Shown here piece after piece: positions 40,598 through 50,360 of a stretch of DNA of 64,000 nucleotides. The DNA is from Leptospiraceae bacterium (lineage in GTDB: Bacteria > Spirochaetota > Leptospiria > Leptospirales > Leptonemataceae): contig JAVJNR010000001.1 in NCBI GenBank assembly GCA_040217195.1, positions 32,001 to 96,000 of the forward strand, written 5' to 3'. Under the pieces are notes generated by a model. That model had not been told where the DNA came from and made no database searches. It was given only the letters and a program-made list of their open reading frames with translations. A program made the translations under genes and the position numbers. The first letter of the stretch is position 1. Every line of letters starts with the position of its first letter.

Positions 40598-41176
40598 GTG
40601 ATTCGATGGTACGTTGTGGGTTTTCTAGAGCAATCGAAATTTCCGCCTGTTGGTCTTTTCAGCCTTCTGCTTTTCACTCTATCCTGCGGGTTTTACAATC
40701 CTGAGGTGTCCGGACAGGGGCAGGTGTTTCGTCCGGAAGTGGATCTGGTGGGTGAATCCAGGGGCCGCCGAATTGTATACGATCGTAATGATTCCATAAT
40801 CGAGACAGCCATCATAAATCGTAGTTGTGAACTGGTGGATGGTCCGGTGGTTTCCTGCAAGCTGGACATACTGTACGAAAGAAGCGGCGATCGAGTGGTG
40901 CTGAACCGTTCTTATGCATTGAAATACCGGGAAGCGCTGGATGCATCTATCCATCTTACAAGCGAACGAGAGGACCTGACTGGAGAGATCCATGGAGCCG
41001 CTTTTCACCTGACCGGCACCGGAGAGGTGCCCGGTTCATCGGAAGAAGTTAGTCAAGAGATCCGTTTCATTTCCCTGTCTGAGGGAGAAGCGCTGGAGAC
41101 TATCCTGTATAGTTATCTGGGATTGAGGTCTGGTAAGTCCGTGACTTTCTGGCAAAAAAACAATCGGGGGCAATGA
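40598..41176 (+). CDS. Hypothetical lipoprotein
   Basis: Hydrophobic segment ending TLSC; stop overlaps glpX start. Confidence 0.55.
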   Translation: MIRWYVVGFLEQSKFPPVGLFSLLLFTLSCGFYNPEVSGQGQVFRPEVDLVGESRGRRIVYDRNDSIIETAIINRSCELVDGPVVSCKLDILYERSGDRVVLNRSYALKYREALDASIHLTSEREDLTGEIHGAAFHLTGTGEVPGSSEEVSQEIRFISLSEGEALETILYSYLGLRSGKSVTFWQKNNRGQ

Positions 41177-42132
41177 TGCCGGATAATACCTGGATAGAAC
41201 GAGGCAAGGAACTGGCCGGAGTCACAGATGCAGTGGCTCGAGCTGTAATTGAACTGTCCGGAAAGAATGAGAAAAACAGAGCCGACCATATCTGTGTAGA
41301 GGCCATGCGCGAAGGATTGAACAGCCTTCCCTATAATATGACGGTTGTCATTGGTGAAGGGGAGAAGGATGAAGCTCCCATGTTGTTCTCCGGTGAGGAG
41401 CTGGGAGCAGGCGGTGAGGCCCTGGATTTGATTGTGGATCCTCTGGAATGCACCACAAACTTTGCTCGTGGTTTACCAGATTCCATGACTGTTATCCTGG
41501 CCGCAGAGAAGGGATCGGTCATCCATGTTCCCGGAACCTATATGGAACAGATTCTACTGCCCATTCAAGCAGACCCGGGGCCTGAAATCTTTGACATGGA
41601 CAGAAAAGAGATTCTAAAGCGGGTTTCGACTTCCCTGGATGTGCCCCTTTCCAGTCTTACCGTAATTGTCCAGGATCGCCCCCGTCATGAAAAGTTGATA
41701 GATGAGATTCGAAGTGCAGGCGCTTGCGTAGCACTGATTGAATCAGGTTCGATTTCAGCAGCCTGTGATATCTTTGCTAGACCTCAGAATCGATATCATA
41801 TGCTATGGGGCTCCTTTGGCGCTCCAGAAGGTCTGGTTCTTGGGTTTCTGTCCAGGGCCAATGGTTATCGTTTCTATGGAAGAATTGATCCCCATAATGA
41901 AAAAACCGAAGCAGAAGCCCGGGAACTGGGAGTGCTTGGAAAGGTGCTTCGCGGGGATCAATGGATTGCAGGCTCAGGAGTTCTGGTTATGACCGGGCTG
42001 CACGATTCTACCTGGTTGCGAGGAGTTCGAAGGAGCTACAGTGATGGCCAGGTGGATCATACAACTACCACGGTAATCTGGAGTCTGGGAAACAAACTGG
42101 AACTGGAATGCTTCAACGGGCGCTTTCATTAA
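41173..42132 (+). CDS. glpX: Fructose-1,6-bisphosphatase class II
   Basis: VVIGEGEKDEAPML, VDPLECT, YMEQ, DRPRH, GAPEG. Confidence 0.9.
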   Translation: MMPDNTWIERGKELAGVTDAVARAVIELSGKNEKNRADHICVEAMREGLNSLPYNMTVVIGEGEKDEAPMLFSGEELGAGGEALDLIVDPLECTTNFARGLPDSMTVILAAEKGSVIHVPGTYMEQILLPIQADPGPEIFDMDRKEILKRVSTSLDVPLSSLTVIVQDRPRHEKLIDEIRSAGACVALIESGSISAACDIFARPQNRYHMLWGSFGAPEGLVLGFLSRANGYRFYGRIDPHNEKTEAEARELGVLGKVLRGDQWIAGSGVLVMTGLHDSTWLRGVRRSYSDGQVDHTTTTVIWSLGNKLELECFNGRFH

Positions 42133-43445
42133 TCGGTGAAAGCAGACGTCTGGGCAAGATCGCCGGGCTTTTTCTTTCCCGTTCATTTCATTCATTCAGC
42201 TCACTGGTGTTTTCGCTGGTGGTGGGCAAACTTCTCATCGTGGAAGATCACGGTGTTTACGGTCAGTTTGTAGCCCAGGTAACTGTAATTCAGGCAATAA
42301 CCGAGGCCGGATTGCAGTATTCGCTCATTCGATATCTGTCTCGCAGTCTTCATCATGGTCATCATGGAGAAATGGCCTCCATTCTGCGGGCCTCTCTATC
42401 ACTGAAATTCTATGCATTCTTAATAGCATTCATTCTCATTGCCTCCTGGGCCACGGCCGGATTTTTTCCCATTCTTGGCGGCCCCTTGAGGCTGGCGCAT
42501 TCGCCGGATCATCTTTCCATTTTACTGATGGTTCTTCTTTCCGGTTTTGGAATGAGCATCTTTTCCTTTCTGGATGCCATACTTGTGGCGCATCAAAAAT
42601 ACAGGGAGCTGGTTTACTGGATTCCTTCCACGGGTGTAGTAAGACTTACATTATTGACTCTATTTTATTTCGGGGATTCAGGACATCTGACGGTTCAGCA
42701 AGCGCTCTTTAGCTTTATGGCCGGGCCCTACATCTCGGTGGCCATTTTCTTTGCCATATTTCCAGCGTCCTTTTTTGAGCAGTCTGCGCCCGGGGATCAC
42801 CGTTTTTTTTGGATCAAGAAGCTCTTTTCCTACAATCGATGGCTCATAGCTGCCAGCTTTTTCTCTATATTAAGTGATTGGATGGAGGTTCTAATCCTGG
42901 GCCAGAGAGCGGATGCAGCGTTCTTTCATGCGGCGCGAATTCCCATGCAGGGATTTCTCATACTTCTGGCCACCATGCAAAGTGTAATCCTGCCGCGGTT
43001 CAGTGTTCTGGAGAGTTCCAGCCAGTACGCAGAAAGCTTCCGGCAAATCTATAAGTACATCATTCCCGGCCTAATAGCATTGATCCCGGGTTTCTGGATT
43101 TTTGCCTGGTTTTTGCCATTCTGGTATGGAGAAGAGTACATTCGATCCGTCTCTGTATTCTGGATTCTGTATCCTGGATTCTTGCTCAGGCTGGTTTTTG
43201 CTCCTCTGGGAACAGCATTGCTGGCCCTGGACCGTCCCGTGGTGGTTGGTCTGGAAGCGGGCCTACGTATGGTTTCAGGTATTCTTTTCAATTCTATATT
43301 GATTCCGGCTTACGGAATTCATGGGGCAGCCTGGGCTTCTTTGATTTCTCAGACCCCTGGATGGATCTTTTTACTCGTTCTCTTCTATAGATACTTCCAG
43401 TCTGGTGTGTTTCCTCGTATTCTGGGTGGAAAGCTGGTTGAATAA
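42108..43445 (+). CDS. Oligosaccharide flippase (Wzx/MOP family)
   Basis: About 12 TM segments, LIPAYGIHGAAWA motif. Confidence 0.8.
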   Translation: MLQRALSLIGESRRLGKIAGLFLSRSFHSFSSLVFSLVVGKLLIVEDHGVYGQFVAQVTVIQAITEAGLQYSLIRYLSRSLHHGHHGEMASILRASLSLKFYAFLIAFILIASWATAGFFPILGGPLRLAHSPDHLSILLMVLLSGFGMSIFSFLDAILVAHQKYRELVYWIPSTGVVRLTLLTLFYFGDSGHLTVQQALFSFMAGPYISVAIFFAIFPASFFEQSAPGDHRFFWIKKLFSYNRWLIAASFFSILSDWMEVLILGQRADAAFFHAARIPMQGFLILLATMQSVILPRFSVLESSSQYAESFRQIYKYIIPGLIALIPGFWIFAWFLPFWYGEEYIRSVSVFWILYPGFLLRLVFAPLGTALLALDRPVVVGLEAGLRMVSGILFNSILIPAYGIHGAAWASLISQTPGWIFLLVLFYRYFQSGVFPRILGGKLVE

Positions 43446-43474
43446 TGCGCTACCCTGGCGGAGCTTGACGCTGC

Positions 43475-46171
43475 ATGGCCAGCAAGGATCCATCGGACCG
43501 TTCAAATCCACGACCCAGGGGTACTTCCAGTAAAAAGGGCAAGTCCTCTAAAAAATCGGACCCGGTTCCATCCACCACCAGAAAGAAAGCCTCCATCGGC
43601 AAGTCGAAGACAGCTGCAGGAACCAAACCTGCTTCCGGCAAAAAAGCCAGATCGTCGGTGAATCAACCCGGTCCGCAGAAAAGTATTCGGAGTGGAAGAG
43701 CCATCCAGGGAGTTGTGGATGTTGAATCCTATCGGCAGGGTGTTTTTGATCCTCCGGAAGGAGTGGGTCTACTAAGCCGAGTTTTCTTTTTCTCCATAGG
43801 CGGAAAGCTTGAGAAACTGGCCCGGGGATCATTGCTTCGCGCCCTTGTTTTTACCGGCCTGGTCGGATCAGGAATTATCTTCTGTATCACATTTACCTTT
43901 GCAGATCCATTTCTGGTCTGGAACGATGCCGGTTACGATGAACCTTCTTCCCTTTACGGCGTAGGATTGGATGGAAAGCCAGAGCTTATTGCACGGTATG
44001 TGCGTAGCGACTCAGGTAGAGAGATCATTGATCTGAAAGAGGAAGATCTAAAACTTCCTGTGGCCCGAGCCTTTATTGCCACCGAAGACAACAATTTTGA
44101 AGACCACTGGGGTCTGGATTTATACGGTATAGCCCGTGCCGCTGTGGTGAACTTTCTGGCCGGCGGAATCAGGGAAGGGGCTTCAACAATCACACAGCAG
44201 GTGGCCCGTTTAAGATATTTAAGTCGGGAACGATCCATTGCGCGAAAGGCCCGGGAGGCCAGTCTGGCTCTTTTTCTGGAAGCTCGATTGCCCAAACATG
44301 AAATCCTGGAACTCTACTTTAATGAAGTGCCCCTGGGTCATGGCACAAACGGAGTGCAGGCAGCCAGTCAGTTCTACTTTGAAAAGGATTTCAGAGATCT
44401 GAACTGGGGCGAAGTGGCTGTTCTTTCTTCTTTAACCACCAGGCCCAATGATTTGAGCCCGCTAAAATATCCATCGGATTCAGCCCGAAAGATTCGTGTG
44501 GTCTTCCAGCGATTAATTGAAACCGGAATGATTACACCCCGGGATGCCACCGAAGCACACAATTACCTGGCTACTGAATACTATCCGTCTTTGTTTAACC
44601 GCTACCCGGATGAAAATTATTTTGGTGTGAGGACCAATCGATTTCCTTATGCTACTGCTTACGTACTGGATCAGCTTTCCAGTCGGCTACGTCGAAAAGT
44701 GTACACAGGTGGGTATCGCATTTACTCCACGATCAATGTACAGCATCAACAGGCTGCTGAAGATCAGATGATTCCCTGGCTGGAAAGGCTTAATGAAAGA
44801 CCCAAAAGGTCCGCTTTCAAGCGGTATGAAATATTTGATCGAGAAGCCGGGGATTTCATGCCCCTGGTTCAGAAACTGTTTGGGCTGCCTGATTATTCGG
44901 TGAAGCGTACCCGGGCGCAAAGAGATTTCTCTCTGGAGCTGGCCCGTAACTGGAGAAATGAATTTACAATGCTTAATCTCCTGACTGGAGGGGAGAATGT
45001 GGCTCGTGCTTTTGAAGAAGAGCTGAGAAGTTCCAACGAAAGCAATGATGATGACGATAAGGGCATTCAAGGAGCTTTAATCAGTCTCAGACCGGAGACA
45101 GGGGCCATTACTGCAGTGGTAGGTGGTACCGGCTTTGAATCCAGAAATCAGCTACTTCGCTTTGATTCTGCACAGAGGCAGCCAGGTAGCTCTTTTAAGC
45201 CAATTGTATATGCGGCTGGTATTGATTACACCGGCAGAAATCCAGGTGCAGACAGAAAATTGACTGCCAGCACGGTCCTGGATGATTCGCCACAGCACTG
45301 GTTATCCGCAGATTTATCCGAATACTCACCAGAGAATTACAGCGGAAGTTATATGGGCCCAATTCGAATGCGACCGGCACTGGTCCAGAGTCGCAATACA
45401 TGGGCCATCCAGGCATTCACTTATATGCAGCCAGCCAGATTGTTACCTGGTATTGCGGCCATAACTGGTGTGGCAGAAGATCAATTTCCCAGGAACGCTA
45501 CACTGGCTCTTGGCAGTAAAGAAATGACTCCTCTACAAATGGTTCAAGCCTATGCGGTGTTTGCATCCGGTGGTTACCGGGTTGAGCCTTACCTTATTCA
45601 GAGAATTGAGGACCGAAACGGAACAGTAATATATGAAACTGATCCGTCCGGTCAGAGAAAAGAGCGAATATTGCTGGAAGCCACTGTATTTATCATGACA
45701 TCGTTGCTCCAGGATGTGGTCCAGGAAGGCACCGGCACTGCAGCAAGACTCTACGGTCGACCGGCTGCAGGCAAAACTGGAACAACAGATAGATCCACCA
45801 ATGCCTGGTTCGTAGGCTATACGCCCAATCTTGTTACCGCTATATATATTGGTTATGATCGTAACATCAGTCTTGGTCGTTCCGGCACAGGTGGAGGCAT
45901 GGCTGCCCCCATCTGGGGAAGATATATGAACCGAGCTCTTGAAGGGGAGCCGGTTATGCGATTTCCAGGACCACCGGAAGGCGTTGTTCAAGCTACGGTT
46001 TGTGAAACTTCAGGCAAACGACCACTTCCTCAGTGTCCAAAAACTATTACGGAATATTTTATTCGAGGAACCGTTCCCGATGAACCATGTGATGCTCATT
46101 CGGTGGAAGGAACCTCACCGGTTATTATGCCGGAATCAACAGAGCCTGTTCTTGATGAGGATGACTTCTAA
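43475..46171 (+). CDS. Class A penicillin-binding protein (PBP1A)
   Basis: TEDNNF..HWG, GASTITQQ, RK.RE transglycosylase motifs; QPGSSFK, SRN, KTGT transpeptidase motifs; Lys-rich N-tail. Confidence 0.93.
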   Translation: MASKDPSDRSNPRPRGTSSKKGKSSKKSDPVPSTTRKKASIGKSKTAAGTKPASGKKARSSVNQPGPQKSIRSGRAIQGVVDVESYRQGVFDPPEGVGLLSRVFFFSIGGKLEKLARGSLLRALVFTGLVGSGIIFCITFTFADPFLVWNDAGYDEPSSLYGVGLDGKPELIARYVRSDSGREIIDLKEEDLKLPVARAFIATEDNNFEDHWGLDLYGIARAAVVNFLAGGIREGASTITQQVARLRYLSRERSIARKAREASLALFLEARLPKHEILELYFNEVPLGHGTNGVQAASQFYFEKDFRDLNWGEVAVLSSLTTRPNDLSPLKYPSDSARKIRVVFQRLIETGMITPRDATEAHNYLATEYYPSLFNRYPDENYFGVRTNRFPYATAYVLDQLSSRLRRKVYTGGYRIYSTINVQHQQAAEDQMIPWLERLNERPKRSAFKRYEIFDREAGDFMPLVQKLFGLPDYSVKRTRAQRDFSLELARNWRNEFTMLNLLTGGENVARAFEEELRSSNESNDDDDKGIQGALISLRPETGAITAVVGGTGFESRNQLLRFDSAQRQPGSSFKPIVYAAGIDYTGRNPGADRKLTASTVLDDSPQHWLSADLSEYSPENYSGSYMGPIRMRPALVQSRNTWAIQAFTYMQPARLLPGIAAITGVAEDQFPRNATLALGSKEMTPLQMVQAYAVFASGGYRVEPYLIQRIEDRNGTVIYETDPSGQRKERILLEATVFIMTSLLQDVVQEGTGTAARLYGRPAAGKTGTTDRSTNAWFVGYTPNLVTAIYIGYDRNISLGRSGTGGGMAAPIWGRYMNRALEGEPVMRFPGPPEGVVQATVCETSGKRPLPQCPKTITEYFIRGTVPDEPCDAHSVEGTSPVIMPESTEPVLDEDDF

Positions 46172-46366
46172 GAAGAAAGCTTTGTTAATCTAAAAAATTG
46201 AACAGTGGATGCTGGCTTTACCTGTAAAGATAGGTTTTTTGTTGTAAAGATCTCGGCAGGGTGCTTTCGCATATGGTGGATTTAAGAATGAAGGGAAACA
46301 GCTTCCGATAAAGCGGTGCTTATGTCCCGGAAGGAGAAGCAAATCCATCAAAAATTCTTTTTTTTC

Positions 46367-46395
46367 TTGAAAAGAAAAGCGGCACAGCCCATTAT
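46367..46395 (+). promoter_or_regulatory. Candidate sigma70 promoter for cfpA (TTGAAA-N17-CATTAT)
   Basis: Hexamers about 60 nt upstream of GGAGG RBS (46447) and ATG 46457. Confidence 0.45.
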
Positions 46396-46456
46396 CCGAT
46401 AAAACAGAAAACCGGGTGAACCCGTTTCCACCTGTTATACCTTGATGGAGGAAAAT

Positions 46457-48514
46457 ATGGCAATGGGGCAGTTCCCAAAGAGTCCAAATAAAATCGACCC
46501 AACAGTTCCCAGCGCGGTGACTTCGCGTACCTCACTTGTATGGGAGGGTCGAAATAAGATCGCAGAATCAAAGAAAATTATCGATGATGCTGCGAATCGA
46601 GTAAAAGGGTTTGTACAGACTAAACTTCCGCCTGAGGTCCTGAAAGATGTGGATATCATGGCGAGTATCGAGGACAAGGTTTATAACTATGTAAACCAGG
46701 CCTATGTTAACATGTTCAATCGCTACACTGTAACGGTTGAAGATGAAATGGTGAAGAAGGTTCGTGATTTCATCGACAAAGAGGAATTGCGATCCCTGGC
46801 ACGTTACACTCCGCGTGAAATCGTGGAAGTGCTGGATAAGCTGGCCGGACCGGACAAGTTTAACACCGGTGAGATTGAAAAATCCATCGTAAACATGTAT
46901 GGTCACCTGCAAGGGCACATCCAGCGGGGCGTAAACGACCTTGAAAACGAAACTAACTCCATTCTTCGTCAGAAGACAGATGTGGGTGCTTTCGTTCGAG
47001 GTGAGAATGCCTACTCAATTGTGAAATGCGTTTTCAAAGACAATGCGTACAAGCCCAAGACTGTAACGGACATCAAACTCTCCATCAACATCCTGGACTC
47101 TGAGCTTATCAGTCCTATCTTTCACTATCAGACTACTGTAGAGTATCTGCTGAAAGATAACCTGGCCAATCACATTATGGAGCTGATTGACCGGGAGATT
47201 GAAGCTCTCAAAGAAGAGATCGTGGATAGTGGTCGGGCAGAATTGACCGACAACGAGGTGATGTTCGAGCGCATCAAGCTGGTGGATAAGTTCACTGATG
47301 ACAATATTTCTGATCCAAATTCTCGTCGTTACACGGTACTTGGTAAGAAATTTATCGATAAAATCGAGGGTCTGAGAGCTGAAATCGACCAGGAGGACTA
47401 TGATCCTCTGAACATGCGTGAGGCGATTAAAGAGATTATCGACTCAGAAAACATTCGAAACCGAGGTTTCAATACTGCAGTTAACACCCTGACTTCCATT
47501 CTGGATACGTCCAAGCTTGGTTATCAGGTATGCGACAACAAGAAGAATGCTCGCGACTGTTACATCCGAGAATACGAGGATGAAGATGAAACCCAGCTTC
47601 CGGATGAGAGATATTCAATCCGACTGGTGTATTTCGATCAAAGCCAGATTCGAGAACTGAAGCGTATCTTCGATACCAGAATGTCTGCTTTCATGCGAGA
47701 AGTGGATGCTGCGTGGGAAGTAGTGCATCAGATCTACGATCAGAAAAAATCCAAGTGGCTCGGTCTTAAGAAGACTGTGCTGGATTTTGAAGATCTGGCC
47801 AACAATGTAATGCCCAAGAAGTGGAACAAAGAGCGAAAAGAGCTCCACTCCGATCCAGATGAACTGAAATGGGATCATCTGAATTTCCGGGACACTACCA
47901 ACACCTTCGTAGAGAAGAATAACCGTACCTACACTGTAGAAACGCGAAACACTGCTCAGAAGATTCGCTACCTACGGGAAAAGCTGCAGGATATGTATGG
48001 TTACCAGAATCCGGTAGAACGAGTGGTTGTGGATGAGCGACTGACCATCCTGGAAAATCAATTCCACAAGTTCACTTACGAAATCAACCCGCACCATCTA
48101 CAGCCAGGTCTGTTGCTTGATGTGGATCTTGCTACCAGTAAGCGTAAGCAGTACATGCTCAAGGGCATGGCAAACGTTCTCAACGAATTCCTGCACGGGG
48201 TTTCTCGAGGATTCGCGGATGCAGCTTTTGCAACCTTCAAGCGTCGTCGATCCACTGTTCGTGGTGATGAAGAGATGTCTTTTGCCAGTCTGCCAGGTGG
48301 TGACGAAGGTCATCACGGTGGAGGCCACCATGGCGGAGATGATGAAGGCCATGCTCAATATGCAGCACCTTCAGCAGGGGGCGCCAATACGGACCCGGCT
48401 CCTTCGCCGTCGAGTTCCTCTGAAAGCTCCTCCGGCGGGGTAAAGGGATCAGCCGATGTGACTCCCAAGTCCTATGAGGATAAACTGAAAGACATGGGTC
48501 TTAAGGAACTTTAA
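46457..48514 (+). CDS. cfpA: Cytoplasmic filament protein CfpA
   Basis: Matches my recall of treponemal CfpA: PKSPN..P..PSAV.SR, NMFNRY..T.EDEM.KKVR, DKFNTGEIEKS.VNMYGHLQGHIQRGVN.LE, GAFVRGENAY; start re-called from GGAGG RBS. Confidence 0.9.
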   Translation: MAMGQFPKSPNKIDPTVPSAVTSRTSLVWEGRNKIAESKKIIDDAANRVKGFVQTKLPPEVLKDVDIMASIEDKVYNYVNQAYVNMFNRYTVTVEDEMVKKVRDFIDKEELRSLARYTPREIVEVLDKLAGPDKFNTGEIEKSIVNMYGHLQGHIQRGVNDLENETNSILRQKTDVGAFVRGENAYSIVKCVFKDNAYKPKTVTDIKLSINILDSELISPIFHYQTTVEYLLKDNLANHIMELIDREIEALKEEIVDSGRAELTDNEVMFERIKLVDKFTDDNISDPNSRRYTVLGKKFIDKIEGLRAEIDQEDYDPLNMREAIKEIIDSENIRNRGFNTAVNTLTSILDTSKLGYQVCDNKKNARDCYIREYEDEDETQLPDERYSIRLVYFDQSQIRELKRIFDTRMSAFMREVDAAWEVVHQIYDQKKSKWLGLKKTVLDFEDLANNVMPKKWNKERKELHSDPDELKWDHLNFRDTTNTFVEKNNRTYTVETRNTAQKIRYLREKLQDMYGYQNPVERVVVDERLTILENQFHKFTYEINPHHLQPGLLLDVDLATSKRKQYMLKGMANVLNEFLHGVSRGFADAAFATFKRRRSTVRGDEEMSFASLPGGDEGHHGGGHHGGDDEGHAQYAAPSAGGANTDPAPSPSSSSESSSGGVKGSADVTPKSYEDKLKDMGLKEL

Positions 48515-48537
48515 TTCCCCATGACCTCCGGGAAAAG

Positions 48538-48567
48538 GCCCGCATCCTACGATGCGGGCTTTTTTTT
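48538..48567 (+). terminator. Rho-independent terminator after cfpA
   Basis: GCCCGCATC-ctac-GATGCGGGC followed by T8. Confidence 0.9.
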
Positions 48568-48666
48568 GTAGTCCTAATGAGCCAGGTCCGTTTTTGGTTG
48601 AAGGATCTGTGATTTGTGCAAAATAAAGGCCTGCGGAGCCAAGGCTCCCATCTAGGAGATGTGCCA

Positions 48667-49614
48667 ATGAATCCCAAACTTTTTAGCTCTTTGAGTACGC
48701 GTACCAGCTTTAATAAAGTACTGCGTCACCTGGTAAGTGTATCCGGACTGATCGAAGCCATAGATAGAAATGAGAATCTGGCAGATCATCTCAACGGAAT
48801 GCTTGAGTCTGGACAGATCCAGAAGAACCAGGTTGGAGCCATTGTTAATGTTATTTTAAATAGTAGATTGCAGCTGCCCTTTCAGAGCAAGAATATGGAG
48901 GAGAGCATTTCTAGCTTTGTTCCTATTGTTACTTCCTTCTCTCGATGGAACGGAGTTTCTTTGACTCTAGTATACTATCATCCCACTCTAGGACAGCTAC
49001 TCGTTAATCCTGCCAATGAGGAGCACTGGGCTTCAGTGCAAGAGCTCAAAAAAGATGAACTGATTGTTGTATATGCTCGATCCAGGGATGGAAAACGCGA
49101 AACCGCTGAAAAAGCTCTAGAGGCTTTTTATCAACTACTGGCGGGAAAAGTACCGGAAGAAGCAGCAGGGTTTATCGACACCTCTGCTCCGGAGCCAAAG
49201 CCGGAGCCCAAACCTGCGGCTCAAGCGGCGCCTCAGCAGGCCGGCCCATCTGCCCAGAAGGCTGCAGCGCCGCCCACCGGGAAACGAAATATTACTCCCA
49301 AGTATTCTGTGCAGGTTACCAATGAGCTTTTCCACAATGGAAATGTGGAGGCCTGGAAAAACATTATTGAATCCTATGAAGCGAAGCATGCAGGAAACAA
49401 GGTAATTGTTTACCATGAAGGGGAACTGATTCAGGATTTGAATGCTCTTTTCAAATGGGGCAAGGTCAAGCATGGAGGGATCATCATGTTTCAGGTGGCC
49501 GGAGCACAGATCAAAGGTGTGAGCCGCTTGCAAAAATACCTGCATGAAGGTGCTTCTTCCAGGTTTGAATCATTTATGAAGCATGACATGAACAAAGTGC
49601 TGAATCTGTTTTAG
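48667..49614 (+). CDS. CfpA-associated protein with Pro/Ala linker and putative HPr-like C-terminal domain
   Basis: AGGAG RBS at 48654; N-domain, PEPKPEPKPAAQ linker, then YSVQVTNELFHNGNVEAWK...VIVYHEG...KHGGIIMFQVAG. Confidence 0.8.
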   Translation: MNPKLFSSLSTRTSFNKVLRHLVSVSGLIEAIDRNENLADHLNGMLESGQIQKNQVGAIVNVILNSRLQLPFQSKNMEESISSFVPIVTSFSRWNGVSLTLVYYHPTLGQLLVNPANEEHWASVQELKKDELIVVYARSRDGKRETAEKALEAFYQLLAGKVPEEAAGFIDTSAPEPKPEPKPAAQAAPQQAGPSAQKAAAPPTGKRNITPKYSVQVTNELFHNGNVEAWKNIIESYEAKHAGNKVIVYHEGELIQDLNALFKWGKVKHGGIIMFQVAGAQIKGVSRLQKYLHEGASSRFESFMKHDMNKVLNLF

Positions 49615-49634
49615 GAGGTGCCGAAGTTTAGAGT

Positions 49635-50360
49635 ATGTTTTCTGAACATTTTGCCCGCCAGACCGATGAGCTCAAAGGAGCCCTTGATAAACGCCTTACG
49701 GCTCGTGGTACAGCCGCGTTACCAGGTAAGGAAAAGGACCTCCGGATCTATAAAGAGTTCTATGAATATGTCAGGGATTTATTGCCCCCCTTGTTTTCTG
49801 TGGGGATGGGAAAGGTTCGAAGCAAGAAGCATGTTCTAAATCGTACGGTAGATCTAATCATATTCCAGAAATGGTGTAAGCGATTTCTGGATCTAACAGG
49901 TGGATACGTTCTGGCAGATCAGATCTTTGCTTTCGGAAGTATGGAAACGGATCTGGAAACCAGGCATATTTACAATCACTCTTCCATTACGGAAGCAGTG
50001 AAGACATTGTATGCACAGGATGCAGAGTTGGAAGAGAATGATCTGGTACCATGCTTTTCCATCCTGCTTTCCTTCAAATCTTCGATTCCGCTGCTTTCTC
50101 ATAAGAAGGCTCTGGAGGACATCGCTGTGGAGAAGGATATTGCATTGAATAGAGAGACAGACCTGGTTTGTGTGCTGGGTCAGGGGATCATTGTTAAGGA
50201 CTGGGAAAACCAGGGAGCCTTCAAGGTCATTGAAACCGGGGAGGACACTCTGATGTGGCTATACATTCTGTTACTCGAATATCTTGACAGAGATGGAAAC
50301 CTGGGCTTTGATCCAAGAGACTATATAAAAGAAAACAAAGATTACAGAGAGTATAGCTAA
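49635..50360 (+). CDS. DUF6602-like protein (restriction-endonuclease-like fold, apparently degenerate)
   Basis: VRDLLPPLFSVGMGKV...VDLIIF pattern; the expected EVK position reads SME; later DLVCVLGQG. Confidence 0.55.
   Translation: MFSEHFARQTDELKGALDKRLTARGTAALPGKEKDLRIYKEFYEYVRDLLPPLFSVGMGKVRSKKHVLNRTVDLIIFQKWCKRFLDLTGGYVLADQIFAFGSMETDLETRHIYNHSSITEAVKTLYAQDAELEENDLVPCFSILLSFKSSIPLLSHKKALEDIAVEKDIALNRETDLVCVLGQGIIVKDWENQGAFKVIETGEDTLMWLYILLLEYLDRDGNLGFDPRDYIKENKDYREYS

Noticed and set aside
49635..50360. Active anti-phage or restriction nuclease
   Set aside because: The E-x-K motif is not evident, there is no methylase or defence context, and the gene is coupled to envelope genes
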